From: Marsupella aquatica
Lineage: Eukaryota > Plantae > Marchantiophyta
Assembly: GCA_973895155.1 (NCBI GenBank)
Contig: OZ316893.1
Location: 10,297,660-10,361,659 of the forward strand
Reading direction: 5' to 3'
Length of the DNA: 64,000 nucleotides
Below the pieces are notes generated by a model. The model made no database searches and had not been told where the DNA came from. It saw nothing but the letters and a program-made list of their open reading frames with translations. The position numbers and the translations under genes were made by a program. Positions 10,689 to 24,900 of this stretch are shown here, one piece after another (position 1 is the stretch's first letter; each line of letters starts with the position of its first letter).

Positions 10689-13600
10689 ATGAAAGCCGGT
10701 GCCATGGCGGTGATGAACTCGATGATGCTCGTCTCCAATCCCGCTGGCTCTCTCGCCACTAGTCTCTCGTCGTCCTCGTCCTCCTCCACCACCTCGCACC
10801 ATCACCTACTGCAATTGCAATTGCGCCATAAATCCGTCCCGTCGTCTCGGACCAACTTTGGTCTGAAGAGATGCGGGTGTACCAAGGCTTCAACTGAGCA
10901 GTCTTCTCCTCCTTCAACCGAAGGTGAGCTTCTCTCTCTCTCTCTCTCTCTCGTCGTGACCCGATTGGGTGCCCATTTACTTCGAAATTGAACTTTCTTG
11001 TCTCTCCATTTCTCTCTCGCTCTCTCGCTCTCTCTGGTGATAATTGCCGAAAAGTTTGGTTGTACGGGACCTGCTCGTGAGCATCTCGTCATTTGACTAC
11101 CCACTATTTTGTGGGTAGTCAAATGGCAATTTCGCTCTCTAGAACGGATTTCTACCACGAAAAGTTCAACATCACCACACAGCCGTTATGGGCACTGGGA
11201 ATTGTTTCGAAATGCCGTGCAAAGCCGGTCCATATGACCCTTCTGCTAGATTTGTCTAGAGAATTCTGTTGCTCATTTTGTGTTGGTAGGTGACTCCAAT
11301 TCTATTTAGCTCGCTAGAATATACTTCCACCATGGCAGGCTGATCGCCATGGCAGAGGCGTTAGAGATTTGATTCCAAATGCTGTCCCCATCGGTGGATT
11401 GTTTCGAGTTCGAAACCATGAGAAAGAAATTGCTACAAGAGTGCCTACTTTCAGTAGAAACACCTTTTTCAAGTGTAGACGAGGATAAATGGGAAGGATG
11501 GAGAGTTCTGTTCAGTTTCTCTCGTTTAATTGTGCGAGCTGTATCGTGTTTTTTTAGTCCGTTGCCACATTGTGCTTCGCTGGGACTGGTCCAGATCTGA
11601 TGGTTGAATCCCTCGGGAGTTCTGATGGATGCACAGGGCCTGATGGGAATGACCGCCGCGGTAACAATTCCTGGCAAAGTGGGATGGCGGCAATGCTCGC
11701 TGCCGTAGTGGTAGGGACAGGGATGAATGCAGGTGCGGAGTTGAACAGGTTCGAAGCTGACACGAGGGGGGAATTTGGAGTGGGATCTGCTGCTCAGTAT
11801 GGCTCGGCAGATCTCAGGTCTGCCCGTTTTCTTTAACCGTGAAATCCCATGCTGAAAGGACCGCAATAATCTGACAATCCTTGTCCCAATACCGTGGGTT
11901 TTATCTAGAATCGGAATGCCAGACTGTAGCATTCTTTGTTATCAATAGCATGAAAGGAAAATGGATGCCGCCACGCTTTTATTAAGCGAAGCCGTTGCAA
12001 AAAGGGAAGAAGTTAATACCTTTGAGCTCGCACGAAGTGGTTTAAATTTAGGTTTTTGTATGTCAGTTTTGTAAGATTTGAAAGTATGTGCGACACTTTG
12101 CTCTCCCCACCACAACCAGTCGTATTTGCATCAGACCTGAATAAGTTATTTTGGAGTATTGAAATTGTAACCAGCATGTATGTCCTTTGAGCAGGAAAAC
12201 AGTGCACGCCAAGGAGAATTTTCGGTACGTCTACCGCTTCTGTTTTGGTGCATTTTGAGCTGTATGTGTGTGTGTGTAGCGTGATGAATAAAGCTAACTG
12301 CCGTTGTCTTCTAATTTCGAGCAATTCTTGAAGAGTTCCCCACATCCCGCGCAAAAAGGCTGAGATTTTGGTGGTTCGATCTTTTCTGTTTGCTTGAATC
12401 AACCTCTGTCACCCAGTAGCTGGTGTTCGCTTTCTTTTTCTCCAGGAAGTTCCCTTCGGAGAAAATTAAAAGAAGAGTCTTGCTCTTACATCATTTTGGA
12501 TTCTCTTCTGCAATGGTTTTACAGCCGTGCAAATTTCACCTCAGCTGACATGAGGGAGGCGGACTTCAGCGGGTGTCCCTTCAATGGTGCTTATATGGAG
12601 AAAGCCGTTGCCTTCAAAACCAACTTTCAGGGTAAATGCTCGTTTTGATTCAGCTCCTACCTCAATCATAGCCTACTTCAATTTGCGGATCGAAAAATTT
12701 GCCAAGCTCTTCAGTTTAAAATGTATTAAGTTTCAGAGCATTGTAGAGCTACTTTTCTCTTCCCATTGTAGTTGTGAAAAGTTTAGATTGAGGTTATTAA
12801 GTCGAGCTTCTGATTTCATGGAAGGTTTGTAGTGGTGCCCTTAAGACTAAACAATCTTACGTCCGTCTGAATTCAATAGAGGCATTTGTATCCTGTTCGT
12901 TAATCCAGTTTCAGAGCTCGAGGAATGAATTCCCTGCAAAAAATTAAAAATAAAGACGGCTGGCTTAATGTAGGCGCTTCTATTGGGGCCACTTTGAATT
13001 ACATCAGTCTTATGTAAGCTTTTTGTCTTGGTTGTAGGAGCTGACTTAAGTGACACGTTGATGGATCGAATGGTAAGACTCCTTTGACAATGCACGTGGA
13101 TCTACTTGCTGACAAGATTGTCAAAATCATTTTTCGCAAACCTCAGAAATTTGAAGTGGTACGATCAGTGTGGACTCAGCAGAAAAAAGTGCTGAAACCA
13201 CGGGACGGGAGTTCTAACATGGCTTCCTCGTTTCCCCTTTAATAATATCAACAAACCTCAAAATTGGACAACTTTGTTCATCCTGCACAATTGTGAAATC
13301 TTAGTGAAGCAGGCTGAAGTTTCACTCTACATTAAGGCTTTCGTAATGTTGCCTTCTGAAAACTTTTTTGATATGTCAAAGACAGCTGAGATTGATCAGG
13401 TGAGCATTTCTGTAGTGCAGGTTCTAAATGAGGCGAATCTGACCGACGCACTTCTTGTGAGAGCTGTGCTAACCCGGAGTGATCTTGGGAAGGCAATAAT
13501 CGATGGAGCTGACTTTAGTGATGCAGTTCTTGACCTGCAACAAAAACTGGCAAGTTTCGAAAGTCTAACGCCCCTCTCTCAGCGTATGAAAAGCAATCCT

Positions 13601-14294
13601 ACCGTGCTTATCGCTTAGCGTCGTCCCCTGAAGTCCTGAATTTATCGAATTCTGGAACGATGCTCAATTTTGTCCTTTTGGCAATCCGTACAACGTCTGG
13701 GCCCTGCTCCAGGGCGAGAATTATCTTGAATACTGAACAGCTGTGATCCCCACAAAACATAAAAAACTTGTTCAGACAGGTTCAAAGTACTCCTATTACA
13801 AGGAGTAGTGATTAAATAGCTATCATGATTACTATGCGGTCTGGCCGTGGAGGACTGGTACTTGATGTCTCAAAATAGTAAAATAGCTTCAACCTTAGTT
13901 TCTTTCCAAAGCCTCTTTAGAATGAAAAGACTGTAAATATCTGTTTTATCAACATAGTCGTGAGGCCCTTCAGCGGATCTGACATGATAATTAAGGAAGT
14001 TTTTTGACTTACAAAATGTTGGCAGAAGAAAGTTGATTGACCAAGGTACTCTCTCTATCTCTTTCTCTCTTTCTAACGTCTGTCTGTGGACAGGCACTTT
14101 GCAAGTATGCCAGCGGAACCAATCCAGTGACAGGAATGGATACCAGGAAAAGTCTTGGTTGTGGCAACAGCCGCCGGAATGCATATGGCTCTCCATCCGC
14201 TCCAGAACTGAGTACACCACCTGAGCAACTTCTGGATAGAAATGGCTTCTGTGATCAGGGTACTGGTAAATGTAAAGGCTCCTTCACTGAATGA
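10689..14294 (+). CDS. Thylakoid lumenal pentapeptide-repeat protein (TL20.3/At1g12250-like), 7 exons
   Basis: Exons 10689-10923, 11595-11817, 12195-12224, ~12525-12631, ~13039-13073, 13421-13549, 14094-14294. Ser-rich transit peptide, hydrophobic lumen signal ending AGA, motifs RGEFGVGSAAQYGSADL, ANFTSADMREADFSG, TRKSLGCGNSRRNAYGSP. Confidence 0.93.
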
Positions 14295-15079
14295 TATTAT
14301 TCCTTTGGAAGGACTGTTTCGCATAGTTGCATTATACAGGCATGTTTATGTCCTGGTAGCTTTGATCTGCTTGACCCTCAAGCAAAATTCACAATTTAAG
14401 TTTTCCCTGCTTGTCTCTACGACTTGTTTAACCCGTGATCTCGGACTGTTCAAGATAGCACTTCTTTAGGCTTTAAGGAGCCAGACTTGGCTCTACGCAA
14501 AGCTAGAGTCAATTCAGGCTGAATTTTAGTCACTGATTCGCTCGAGCCAACAATGGGTTCAACGCCTTCCGGAGATTTTAGGAAGTGAGTCTGTACAGCA
14601 ATGTCTCAACATTTTCTCTGTTGTGATGCCATATTAATGGACGTGGGTTGGACATTTGTGCATCATACTTTAATCATGAACAAGGAATAAGTTCAGGCCC
14701 GAAACTTCTCTATGGCCTGGAATTTCCAACTGGCGATCATCCAAGCTTGGTTTCCACCGATTAAGTTTCCACTTCATGGGAACCTGTCAAAAAGTTGTGC
14801 ACTCCTACGCAACAATGCTCTTTCTACGAAGCGAAATTGATTACGATACCCGACCTGGACAATTCATCAGTCAGAGGAATGTGGGAGACAGATGAATCAA
14901 CAAAACAGGTAATGCCCATCGTTTCTTGCTTGTTTACAAATGTATATTCTGATAGTGGCACATTCCCATGACCCACATACCATTCCTCTCCCAGGCTACA
15001 CAGAAAAGCTACTCATGTGGGGCAAAGCAAAACTGTTGGAAATGAATCACACTCTAACCAGAGATGGTGCAGGCATGAT

Positions 15080-15140
15080 GGTCCTGTAGCTTAGTGGTAG
15101 AGCACTAGATGTCCATGGCAAGGTCCTAGATTGGTCTGGA
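15080..15140 (+). mobile_element. tRNA-derived SINE head or tRNA pseudogene remnant
   Basis: GGTCCTGTAGCTTAGTGGTAGAGCAC contains an A-box/D-arm. The B-box is degenerate and there is no complete cloverleaf. Confidence 0.4.
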
Positions 15141-16077
15141 GGCTTGGTCTGTGGCCACCTAGCCTCATTGGTTTCCCCACAAACCCTAGTCCCACTTATC
15201 TGTACCTAGCTGCCCTGACTCTCTCTACCAACATCAGGCTTTGTCCCACCGCACAGCTTGCACCCACCAGAGTAAATCACCTAAGCCCAATTGCAACTCA
15301 CTGCCTGGCTTCAATGCAATAATGTGCAAACACTCAGATGCAGTTTTAAAAGTAAAAGTAGAGAAAGAGTGTGGGCAGTGCAAACCCAGAAAGAATGATT
15401 GTTTTTAAAGTGCTACAGTTTTATCTTAATGCCTTACCTTTCCTAGAGGCCCCAATCTTGGGGGCCTCACTCCAAGGGAGGTCCCATATCATGCGCACAA
15501 TTTTATTAAGTAATAAACACACTAAAAATTAAGTACTCAAATATATTTTTATTATTTTTAACTCCTTATTTTAAGGAATATTCTAAAAATAGTTTCAAAT
15601 TTAAAATTGAAACCCCTATAGTTTTTGGTTCTCAAAATTGGATTAAAACACCCCTGTTTTTTTCAACAATTTTTTTTAAGTCTTCTGTCAAATTGAATTA
15701 AAAAAACCCATAATTTCTTCGTGCACGATGGGTTGGAAGAAAAGAAGTGAGGCCCCGGGGCCCCAATGTACATGGCAATGGATGTCAGGTTGACCGGGTA
15801 GAGTGTACAGGGGACTAGGGTTTTGTAGGGGATCCAATCAGGCTCCACCAGGTATCCACAGACCAATGAAATGTCACCTTAGTTTGGCCTAGAAGAGTTT
15901 AACTCATATTTGGAATGGGGTGCAGGTTAGAAATTAAGACAATTCTGGGAACAAGGTTAAGACTGAAACAGGGTCATTTGAATTCTCTAGTCTTGGGCTT
16001 TGTACCTTGACCCTTTGTTAGAGTAAAGTTGCAGGCCTTTAACACAATCTTCAAGCCCTCCGGTTTTGTAGGGCCTT

Positions 16078-16409
16078 TGTTAAGGATTGCTCTTAGTCTT
16101 GTGACTCATAGGTTACGGCACTTAGGCTAACCACAGTTAGGATCCTAGCTGAGGTTAGGTTAGTCGTGTGTGACCTTGTATATACCAGGGCTAGTGTAAG
16201 CCGCTGGTGTGTGGTGCTTACTGATTGTAACGGAGCAACTTGAGGAAGAGGGAGAGCATGTGTGTTCGTTTACTCTTGAAGTAAAGCTTGAGTGTTCGTG
16301 TGGACGTAGCCTTGGAGAAGAGGTGAACCACGTAGAGATTGTGTCAATTACGTGTGCATGGAATGAGTCATGGTTGTATGGTCGTTGCGAATGACGTCTT
16401 AGTTTAACA
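16078..16409 (+). mobile_element. Solo LTR, family A, copy 2
   Basis: TGTTA...TAACA termini, perfect 5-bp TSD GCCTT, reverse-complement similarity to 44316-44657 (ggctaacc, ttaggttagtc, acgtagcc, ggtgaa.cac). Confidence 0.85.
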
Positions 16410-18720
16410 GCCTTATTAGAAAGCACCATTAACATAGAGAAATCTTGGTGCTGGGCATTCATCATATAGCATGTTCATCCTGGAACATGTCTTTTTTTGT
16501 CTTATAGTGATAAGTAATTCAGTTAAGTAGGTACATGTAAAATATATGCACATAAAATCACATTATGACAAAGAAAGTACAAAGGTACTAAAGAGTTGAG
16601 TTGTGCACATACAGTACAGATTTTCACTTGCTTCTAGGTAATGACATTCAATTCCATTAAAACCATAAATTTTGCAAAATAAACCATGAGGGGAACTTAG
16701 TACACTAGATGTGCACATTGTTCAAATTCATTTCTTACACTCTCATGAGAAAAAAGAGAATTCAGTAAGGATTGATTGAAAAGGAAAGATTAAACCTTGA
16801 TGAGGGGAGCCAAATACATTCAAAATACTCTCCAAGTTCACTATAATTAAGAGGGGTCCTAAAGTTAATTCAAAATTAAATTAATACAAATGATTTACCT
16901 TTTTAAGGCACATTAAAATCAAAATACTTGACACAATTTGAATGAGACAAAATATGAAAGGTGGATTCACCATATAGCAGCCTCAAAATTTACAAAATTT
17001 GCAAAATTGGTGTTGGGCATTCATCAGTCATAAACATGCCTGTCAAGACTATAGCCATCTTTTGGGGGCCTCAAAACTTGGGCTGTCACCAAAATGCCCC
17101 TGGAAACAGGCATTCTTATATACAATATAAGCCATGACCTGTCCACAGCCCTGTAAGAAACAAGAGACACCTTTGTTTAGCCAAGACATGGCAGGGGTAT
17201 TTTAGTAAATTTTAAATTTTAAAGATATCCTGGTAATTTTGTCATTTTCCCTCAGCTGAAGTCCTCTGTCCTGGGCATTCTCCTATATTGGAAATCCCTT
17301 GGGCTGAAAGTCCTAGTGCTTTCATTTGGAAAATGCCCTCGTGAGAGGACTTTACCTTCCACACTTTACTTGAGAAAAATATCCAAAAAAAGACTTGATG
17401 GGCTCTAAAGAGTGGAGAAAGCTCCTGACAAGGCCCCTTGTTTCAAGAATAATTCCTGGGCCCCTGCAGTCCCTGTCGTCACCCATCTGGTCTCTCTATG
17501 GTCAGAGTCTAGGGAGACAACAAGTGTGGGACAAAACAAGCAAGGACAGGAGGCACCAAGGCCTGATGCTTGCTGCCTGATACTGCAAAGGAGCAGAGAC
17601 ACAGAAGATAGTGAAGATAAACTTCAAGCAATTTCTTTAGCTTGGCAACATCTAGATTGTACATTGTGGGAGAGGGGGACAAGGAAATTGCTTGAGAGCA
17701 GAGAGCCGGACAAGGAGCAGGACTAGAGCAGGCGAAGAAGCGGAGGCGATAGGTTGTAGTTTGCTTCTTAGTCTTTTGGGGGGCCTCTTTGGTCTTCTTC
17801 GGGTCTTTCCCTTCTCCCCCCTTTATTGGGTTCTTTTGTCTTTGGGACCATGTCTCCCTGTCTTTTTGGCAGTGTGATATATGGGTAGGTAATGGGGGCC
17901 AAGGAAGTCCCCGTTCAAGAGAAGGGTCCTTGTTGGGAGCCATTGTCACTCCTGGCCAATCAAGACTTTTGTTATGGGGGAAAATGCATAGCATTAAAAA
18001 AATATAGTTCTTAGCAGGGCCCACCCTCCATTCTCATGCTACTATTTGTCGGTCCCAAAGGACGTGCAAAATAATGCACGTACCAGCACTGACCAACCAC
18101 CAATTGTCCAAAGGTCACTTACCCGAATTAGTTTATAGATTAATTACATATATTCCCCTCACACCATTGTCCAGAAAATAGCTTTAGATGTTTTTTAATT
18201 TTTTCTTAAAATATCAGAAATTAATCTAGTTTCACTAGATTCACTAGTTTCACTAGATTAATTTCTGATCATTAGATTCTCCTAGACTGAAGACAGCCGT
18301 CAGATTAAGTCTAATGAGATCTGCTGTTAGGTGAGAAACTGGCTAATCTATGAAAAAAAAAAACCAGGCGAAGTTTTGCCAACGAACTTTTCAGTGAGGT
18401 GTTTGCTTTAGGCGAATTTTTGTTCGCCACAAAAGAAAAACGCTGCAAAATAGCGTGCCCCCTTGCGGTGCCACTGTACCAAGTGGTGGAAGTTCTTGTA
18501 CCAAGTGCCGTTTTTCCCGTGCACATCGCATCGGTGCAGTGCTCACCCACCAGTCTCTCCCAATTGGGACTAGTCTTCTTCCGTTGCCCTACAAATCGTC
18601 CTCTCCTCCTCTCGAGCGCGCGTTTCTAATTCTCCTCTCCTCTCTTCTCCTCTCCTCTCTTCTCCTCTCGTGCCCAACTTCGTCCGGGTCTCAGTGGAGG
18701 AGCTCCGTCGCAGAGTAGCC

Positions 18721-19962
18721 ATGGCGTCGCATGTGTTGCGTCGTGCTGGCAAGCTGGGAGGATCGGTGTTGCAGCAGGCCGCATCCGCTTTCACCCCGCT
18801 TAGAGGAGGAGGAGGAGGAGTAGCGTCGGAAGCTTTGCTTGGCATCTCGAATGGGTTCCTCACCAACAGGACGTTCTCCCGGAACCTGACGATCGATATC
18901 GCCGTGCCATTCAAGGCGCACAACTGTGATGGCCCGTCTCTGCAGGTCGAGACGTCGCGTGAGGAGCTGCTCCATTTCTTCAAGACCATGTTCACGATGC
19001 GACGGATGGAAATTACGGCCGATTCGCTGTACAAGTCCAAGTTTATCAGAGGGTTTTGTCACTTGTATGATGGCCAGGAGGCCGTCTGCGTGGGAATGGA
19101 GGCCTCGCTTACCCCCAAGGACTGCATCATCACGGCGTACAGGGACCATTGCACACATTTAGGCAGAGGTGGCACAGTTCTAGAGGTTTTCTCGGAATTG
19201 ATGGGACGGAAAGATGGGTGCTCGTTGGGGAAGGGTGGATCGATGCATATGTACAACAAGGAGGGTGGATTCTTTGGAGGGAATGGGATTGTAGGGGCCC
19301 AAACCCCTCTAGGTGCCGGATTAGCGTTTGCACAGAAGTACCTCAAAGTGGAGGGCGTCACGTTGACAATGTATGGGGACGGGGCAGCCAATCAGGGACA
19401 GCTCTTCGAGGCAATGAATATCTCAGCTCTGTGGGATCTTCCCGTGATTTATGTGTGTGAGAATAACCATTACGGAATGGGGACAGCAGAGTGGAGATCT
19501 GCCAAAAGCCCTGAGTATTACAAGAGAGGAGACTACATTCCCGGGCTCAAGGTTGATGGAATGGATGCTTTGGCGGTGAAGCAGGCGGTGAAGTTTGCTA
19601 AGGAGCATGCTCTAGCCAAGGGCCCACTCGTGCTGGAGTTCGATACCTATCGTTACCACGGACATTCAATGTCAGACCCGGGCAGCACGTATCGCACAAG
19701 GGATGAAATCAGCGGGGTTAGGCAGGAACGTGACCCTATTGAGAGAATTAGGAAATTGCTAATCGCACAGGAAATTGCCACAGTGGCTGACCTGAAGAAT
19801 ATCGAGAAGGAGGCCAAGAAGACTGTTGAAGATGCGTTAGCCAAGGCTAAGGAAAGTCCTCAACCAGATTCGGAAGAATTGTTCTCTCACGTTTACTCGA
19901 AGAGCCTGGATGCTTTGGCTTACGGACCCGATAGGAAGGAGGTCGCGGTCACATTGAAGTAA
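18721..19962 (+). CDS. PDH-E1a: Pyruvate dehydrogenase E1 alpha subunit, mitochondrial; intronless
   Basis: [16 protein letters not shown]-binding [10 protein letters not shown]...ENN, phosphorylation loop [11 protein letters not shown]-terminal presequence. Single uninterrupted ORF. Confidence 0.97.
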   Translation: MASHVLRRAGKLGGSVLQQAASAFTPLRGGGGGVASEALLGISNGFLTNRTFSRNLTIDIAVPFKAHNCDGPSLQVETSREELLHFFKTMFTMRRMEITADSLYKSKFIRGFCHLYDGQEAVCVGMEASLTPKDCIITAYRDHCTHLGRGGTVLEVFSELMGRKDGCSLGKGGSMHMYNKEGGFFGGNGIVGAQTPLGAGLAFAQKYLKVEGVTLTMYGDGAANQGQLFEAMNISALWDLPVIYVCENNHYGMGTAEWRSAKSPEYYKRGDYIPGLKVDGMDALAVKQAVKFAKEHALAKGPLVLEFDTYRYHGHSMSDPGSTYRTRDEISGVRQERDPIERIRKLLIAQEIATVADLKNIEKEAKKTVEDALAKAKESPQPDSEELFSHVYSKSLDALAYGPDRKEVAVTLK

Positions 19963-21987
19963 GGGATTGGGTGCCAGAGTAAATTGCTTGACCCTCTTAC
20001 TACACTGATGAAATGATGACGAAAATTAAAATTGAAGCAGTTCAAGCTCGACTTTTCGAACCAATAAACACGCTGTTGTCAGGGTCAGCTACCTACCAGT
20101 GGGTTTGGGGAGATTCGAATTTGAGCAGGAAAACTTCTAGCTTCCAACATAGGTCAGGAGGATGCTACTTGACAACATAAAGCTTGACCAGTTGATGGGC
20201 ACATCTGCCTGCATAAGATGGTGGAACGTGAGACATGAAGGATATCGCAGCGTTTCTCGATTCGAAATATTTCGGGCCACATTGAGAATGTTATGATCTT
20301 CATCTGAATTATGAGAAAGCATTTCACCTAACTCTGCTTCTTATTGAAAGCAAGTGAGAAGTTATCACCCTGTCCCCTAGTTTGGATCTCAGGTAGCTCA
20401 TCATGAGAATTTACCAGTAGGGAAGACAGGTTATTCTCTGTGAAATAGTGTTTTGCTTTCCTCCGCGGACTTTTCATTTGCTTTCGCTCACAATTGTTTT
20501 TTGTTCAATTTATAACACTCATTGATGGATTCCTTGTATTTTCGTATCTTCAGTGATGAGATACTTTGGAGTAAGAGATTTCAGTTTGATCAGAAGGCAA
20601 TCGACCAACAGTAGTTTGTGAACTACGTACGAGTTGGCATAGTCAATATTCATTATAGGTTATCATTTTCTTGATCCGCGAAGGCTGCTTAGAGTGCATT
20701 GTCCCACTATGAATTTGGTGATTTGTAGTTCCATCAATTATGAGTCCTCCTGTTAAGCTGAAGAGGACTTCTAGCCAAGCACAGATGAGAAAGGAGATTG
20801 TTGTGGTTCCACTTCGTTCATGAGGATAAAAAAGCCGAGTTCATGAATCTAGTAATTTCTATGATGTCGATGGCAAAGTGTGTAGGATTGATAGTTGACG
20901 GTGCATTTGGGTCAATGTCAAAAGTAAACTCGGAATTAGGTTTTGTTTATCAGCCAGTGTCGACTTGCGAATTATAATGCCCAAGTTTACTGTCGTAATG
21001 ATTTCGTTCTCGCCGCAATTATTTGTGTGAATTGGTGAGATTCTTTGTTTGATTTGTCTCCTTTCTCTTGTCTTTGGGTAGCTGTTTGGTTTCGTTCCCA
21101 AATGGAGGAGTATGTTTTTCCACACGTGACTGCGAAGCACCTGTCCACTGTCGTCGAGTGCAAGTGTGATAGGGGCTGCATAATGAGACCAATGAATGGG
21201 TACGTCTCTGGAATATCGTTCCTCAACCACGTGTGAAAATATCGTCATTCAAAACCTTAGGATGTGTCGATAAACATTATCGTCGCGACGAACATGTGAG
21301 TGTGACAAATTAGGAATTACTCCAGCTTTGATATCCTACATTTGATGGATAAGTGGCAGTACCTGATGAGCGTGAGCGCATGGGGATGACGATTTTCGCA
21401 TGAGGTTATCTTTCCATTTGTTTGTTCCTTCTCAACCCTTGCATCTTATTTTACATAGTCGAAGATCCTATACAGCCAACAGAAATAGAGAAAGCTTCGC
21501 GAGTAAATTGAGGTCCTTGTCCCATATTTCTTTGGTCAGATAGTGCTTCCCGTGGGCACAAGATGTGTAGGGCCAGGATGAAGTTCAAGTAGGGTTCTAC
21601 AATTTAAAAAGTATGCATAAAATGTGTACTTGTCCGCTCCCACATTCTGACAATTTTGGGCATTCCTAATTTGCCTCACAATTGAACCAACACAAACTCC
21701 AAGATCTTCTTTTTGGAAAATATCTCATCGGAGCGGAGAATTTCGAAAAGGGAGTGTGCTTGCAACCCTACAGGTCTTTCTCTTACGGCCCAAACGAGAA
21801 ATGATAATTTTGTACGATGTTCTCTAAAATATTTGGCCAACCCTAGGGACTAGGACTGTGAGCCCGGCTGCCAGCAGATGGAAAATAAAAACATGACCTG
21901 ACGAACTCAGAAATCAGATTATCTATCATCTATCCCAAATTTCTAAACACTGTACAGCCGCCTTTACAATAAACAACAAAATTGCCA

Positions 21988-24900
21988 CTACAATTCTCTG
22001 TGTACACGTGATTGGATCGAACTTAAATCTGGTGATTGACGAAATGGCCATTGGAACAAGTTACGAATCCCTGATAAAAATCTCTGAGCCCATGATTCCT
22101 TGGGAGGAATGACTGAAGGTTCCACACTGCAAACTTTTTCGAAACTGTACTGCAAATGAGGTCCAGCAACAGTTTCCTGTTTGAAGTTCCAATCCACAGT
22201 CGTTAGAATATAATCTGATCAGGAAATCCTAATACTTTCCCTCCCACAAGAAAGTAGAAGAAATTAGATGAAATCTGAAAACTTAAACCCGTCAAATCAT
22301 CCTGCTGCTTAATTTCCACAAGAAATTGGACGAAAGTCTGTAAATCTACACAACTACCACCACAAATGGCTTGGACTTGAACTTGCGACCAGATTTCCGA
22401 ACATACACGTATCCTTACAACAACACCTGTGATGTGTTGAAACAAAACTTGCACACAAAAGTCATTCTGTAGTAAGATAAAAAGGAGAAAAAGGAAAAGT
22501 AGTCAAAAAGACCCTCTGAATTACCTTAAACTCGGTGAAAGGACAGAAATGTGCTCCATTGCAAGCCTGAAAGGTTAAGTCCATCACAGTCAAATATTAC
22601 TAACTTCTTTGGGCATGGGCTAGTTTCTCAGAAGTGATCATATCTACGGAAGGACCCCATACGGTAACGTTTGATGCAATGCAATTTTCCTCCACATTCT
22701 ACTTGATATCAATTGAACCTCGCTACAAAGCAAATCCAATTTCCGCACAGAAGTAAAACATGGAGTAGACTGAGTCAGGTCAGAAACACATACTGGCATT
22801 GTGACAGGCTTCTCGTTGTGCAACACTTGTACCAAATATTTCGAACTTTTCGTGCCTGGATCTGATTTGTCCTTAATTTGCTGAGCATCTTTAGGGCATT
22901 TGTATAGCACCAGTTGTGTATTAGCACCAAAAGGTGCTACTAAACTACCTTTCCAGGTTCTTTGCTGAGGGGGCCTCACTGCATATTTCACTGGCTCCTC
23001 ACTTTGTGAACTCCTTACATCTGTTGGAAATGTCAACAGCATCATCAGAGTAAACTCGAACATCAAGCCAGTATGGGTACACCAAGGTAATTAAGCAAGC
23101 AGGAAAACTAATGCTTGGTCAAGGAAACGAGATATTCAATGAACAAGGGAATGAGGAACAACCATGTCCTTCCAGAAAGAGACCGAGCAAGCATGTGAAT
23201 GGTATGACAGTCTCAGCATGAGCAATCCGAAACTTGGCCGCTTGAAGAGCCCCATCAAATTTATGGCCTGAACTCCAACGCAATGTCCAACTTAGAAGAG
23301 GTAATAACGAAGTTGTAAATTTGTATAGTAGTTATTGTCATGAACTCGATACAGATCGATGCAGCTATCAGATATTATTTGGTCTTAGGGCAAAATAATG
23401 AAAAGTAAGTAAATATGACCTTCACTTGCAGATATTGCTCGCTCCATGGTTGTCACAACATCTTCAAGCAACGGCACACCCATTCTATAATTAATGGCTT
23501 CACCGTAACCCTTGAGATGGTGTGCCTCTAAGTCATCTGCCCATTCCAGTAGCTCCACCTATGTATCATAGACATGATGGTTTAGTTTGCAAGTCATCTC
23601 AACCCTCCTTTCTTGCATGAAAGCATTGCTTTCGTTAGATTTCAAAACATCTCCAAAACTTGCTCTGAACCAGACAAACGTAGCCGAGACAGATGAACAC
23701 ATAGAAAAGAAAATATGCGTTTCGGTGCTTCTACAGAGTTTTTGCCAATAGTAAGCTCATTAAAACGAAGCGCTAAGGCCAACCTCTGCCGCACTGAAGA
23801 ATCCACATGCACGGTCCGTAATATCTAGAACTGCTGCCTCCTGAATCACAGCAGAGTACAACATTGTCATCACTCCAACAGACACCCAAACTGCTACTGT
23901 ACACCATCATACATCGAAACCCAAAAGTACCGAAAGATTCTGATGCAGCAATTAACTGGGGACCAAACAGAGATAAGCCTACGACAAATTGAACAGCAAA
24001 TAAACTAGGCTAGAAACCAAATTCTATGCAGCATCTAGTTGTGATGCATAGCTAGTAAAGTTAATGATTTCACCTGCTTGCAAAGAAGCCACATAGATGC
24101 AGCATCCTCAGCAGTCAAGTTCAAGCCATAGCGAGCAGAAACGGAGGCTGCCACATCAACGTAGACCTCATCCTGCCACTTCTGCGTAGCTGGTTTGCGA
24201 AGCTTTTTTGATTGCTGCAATTTATACGTTTACGAGTCACAATTGCTTGCAATGTGCATTCTGTTGCAGTAGAGTTTTTAAAACTTGTAGTCTACGCATC
24301 CCAAGCAAGAACCACTAACAGATAAGCGCAAACACGTCAGGTATCCACTAAACAAGGGACTATCATAATGTCAGTGCTTGGGATCAACATCTGTGAAATC
24401 AACGCAATAACTCGTAACCTGGATTTGAAACTTTTCTTAAACCTCCAGGGCGTCTATAGGAGGGAAAGTGTCCAACTCGCTTCCCCTGTTGCTCGATCTC
24501 ATGAGTTTGCTACAGGCTATCAACCATGAGCTCCATATTTCCGTAAGGTTCAACACTATGAAATAAGGCTACTGATTATATCTGTAGTATATGTAGGTGC
24601 ACACCAGTTGTATATATAGGTGCACTGGGGATTTAAAAACTGATTCACAACTTGCGAGAGTAAAAAGAAAATTGAGTAAACAACTTGTGACAAGGACAAC
24701 ACGGTCTCACCTTGTATGCCATACAAGACTCATGAAAGCGAAGATGGATGTCATCTTTCCTACTGTCAGTAATCACGGCGAAAGCACGCTGCTTGCTTTC
24801 TCCCAGGTTTCCTTTTCCTTCGAACAAGCCCATACCAAATGCCACCGCACTTGCCGCTGATCTGGGGACCTGCACTAATACACAAAAATCAAAACCTACC

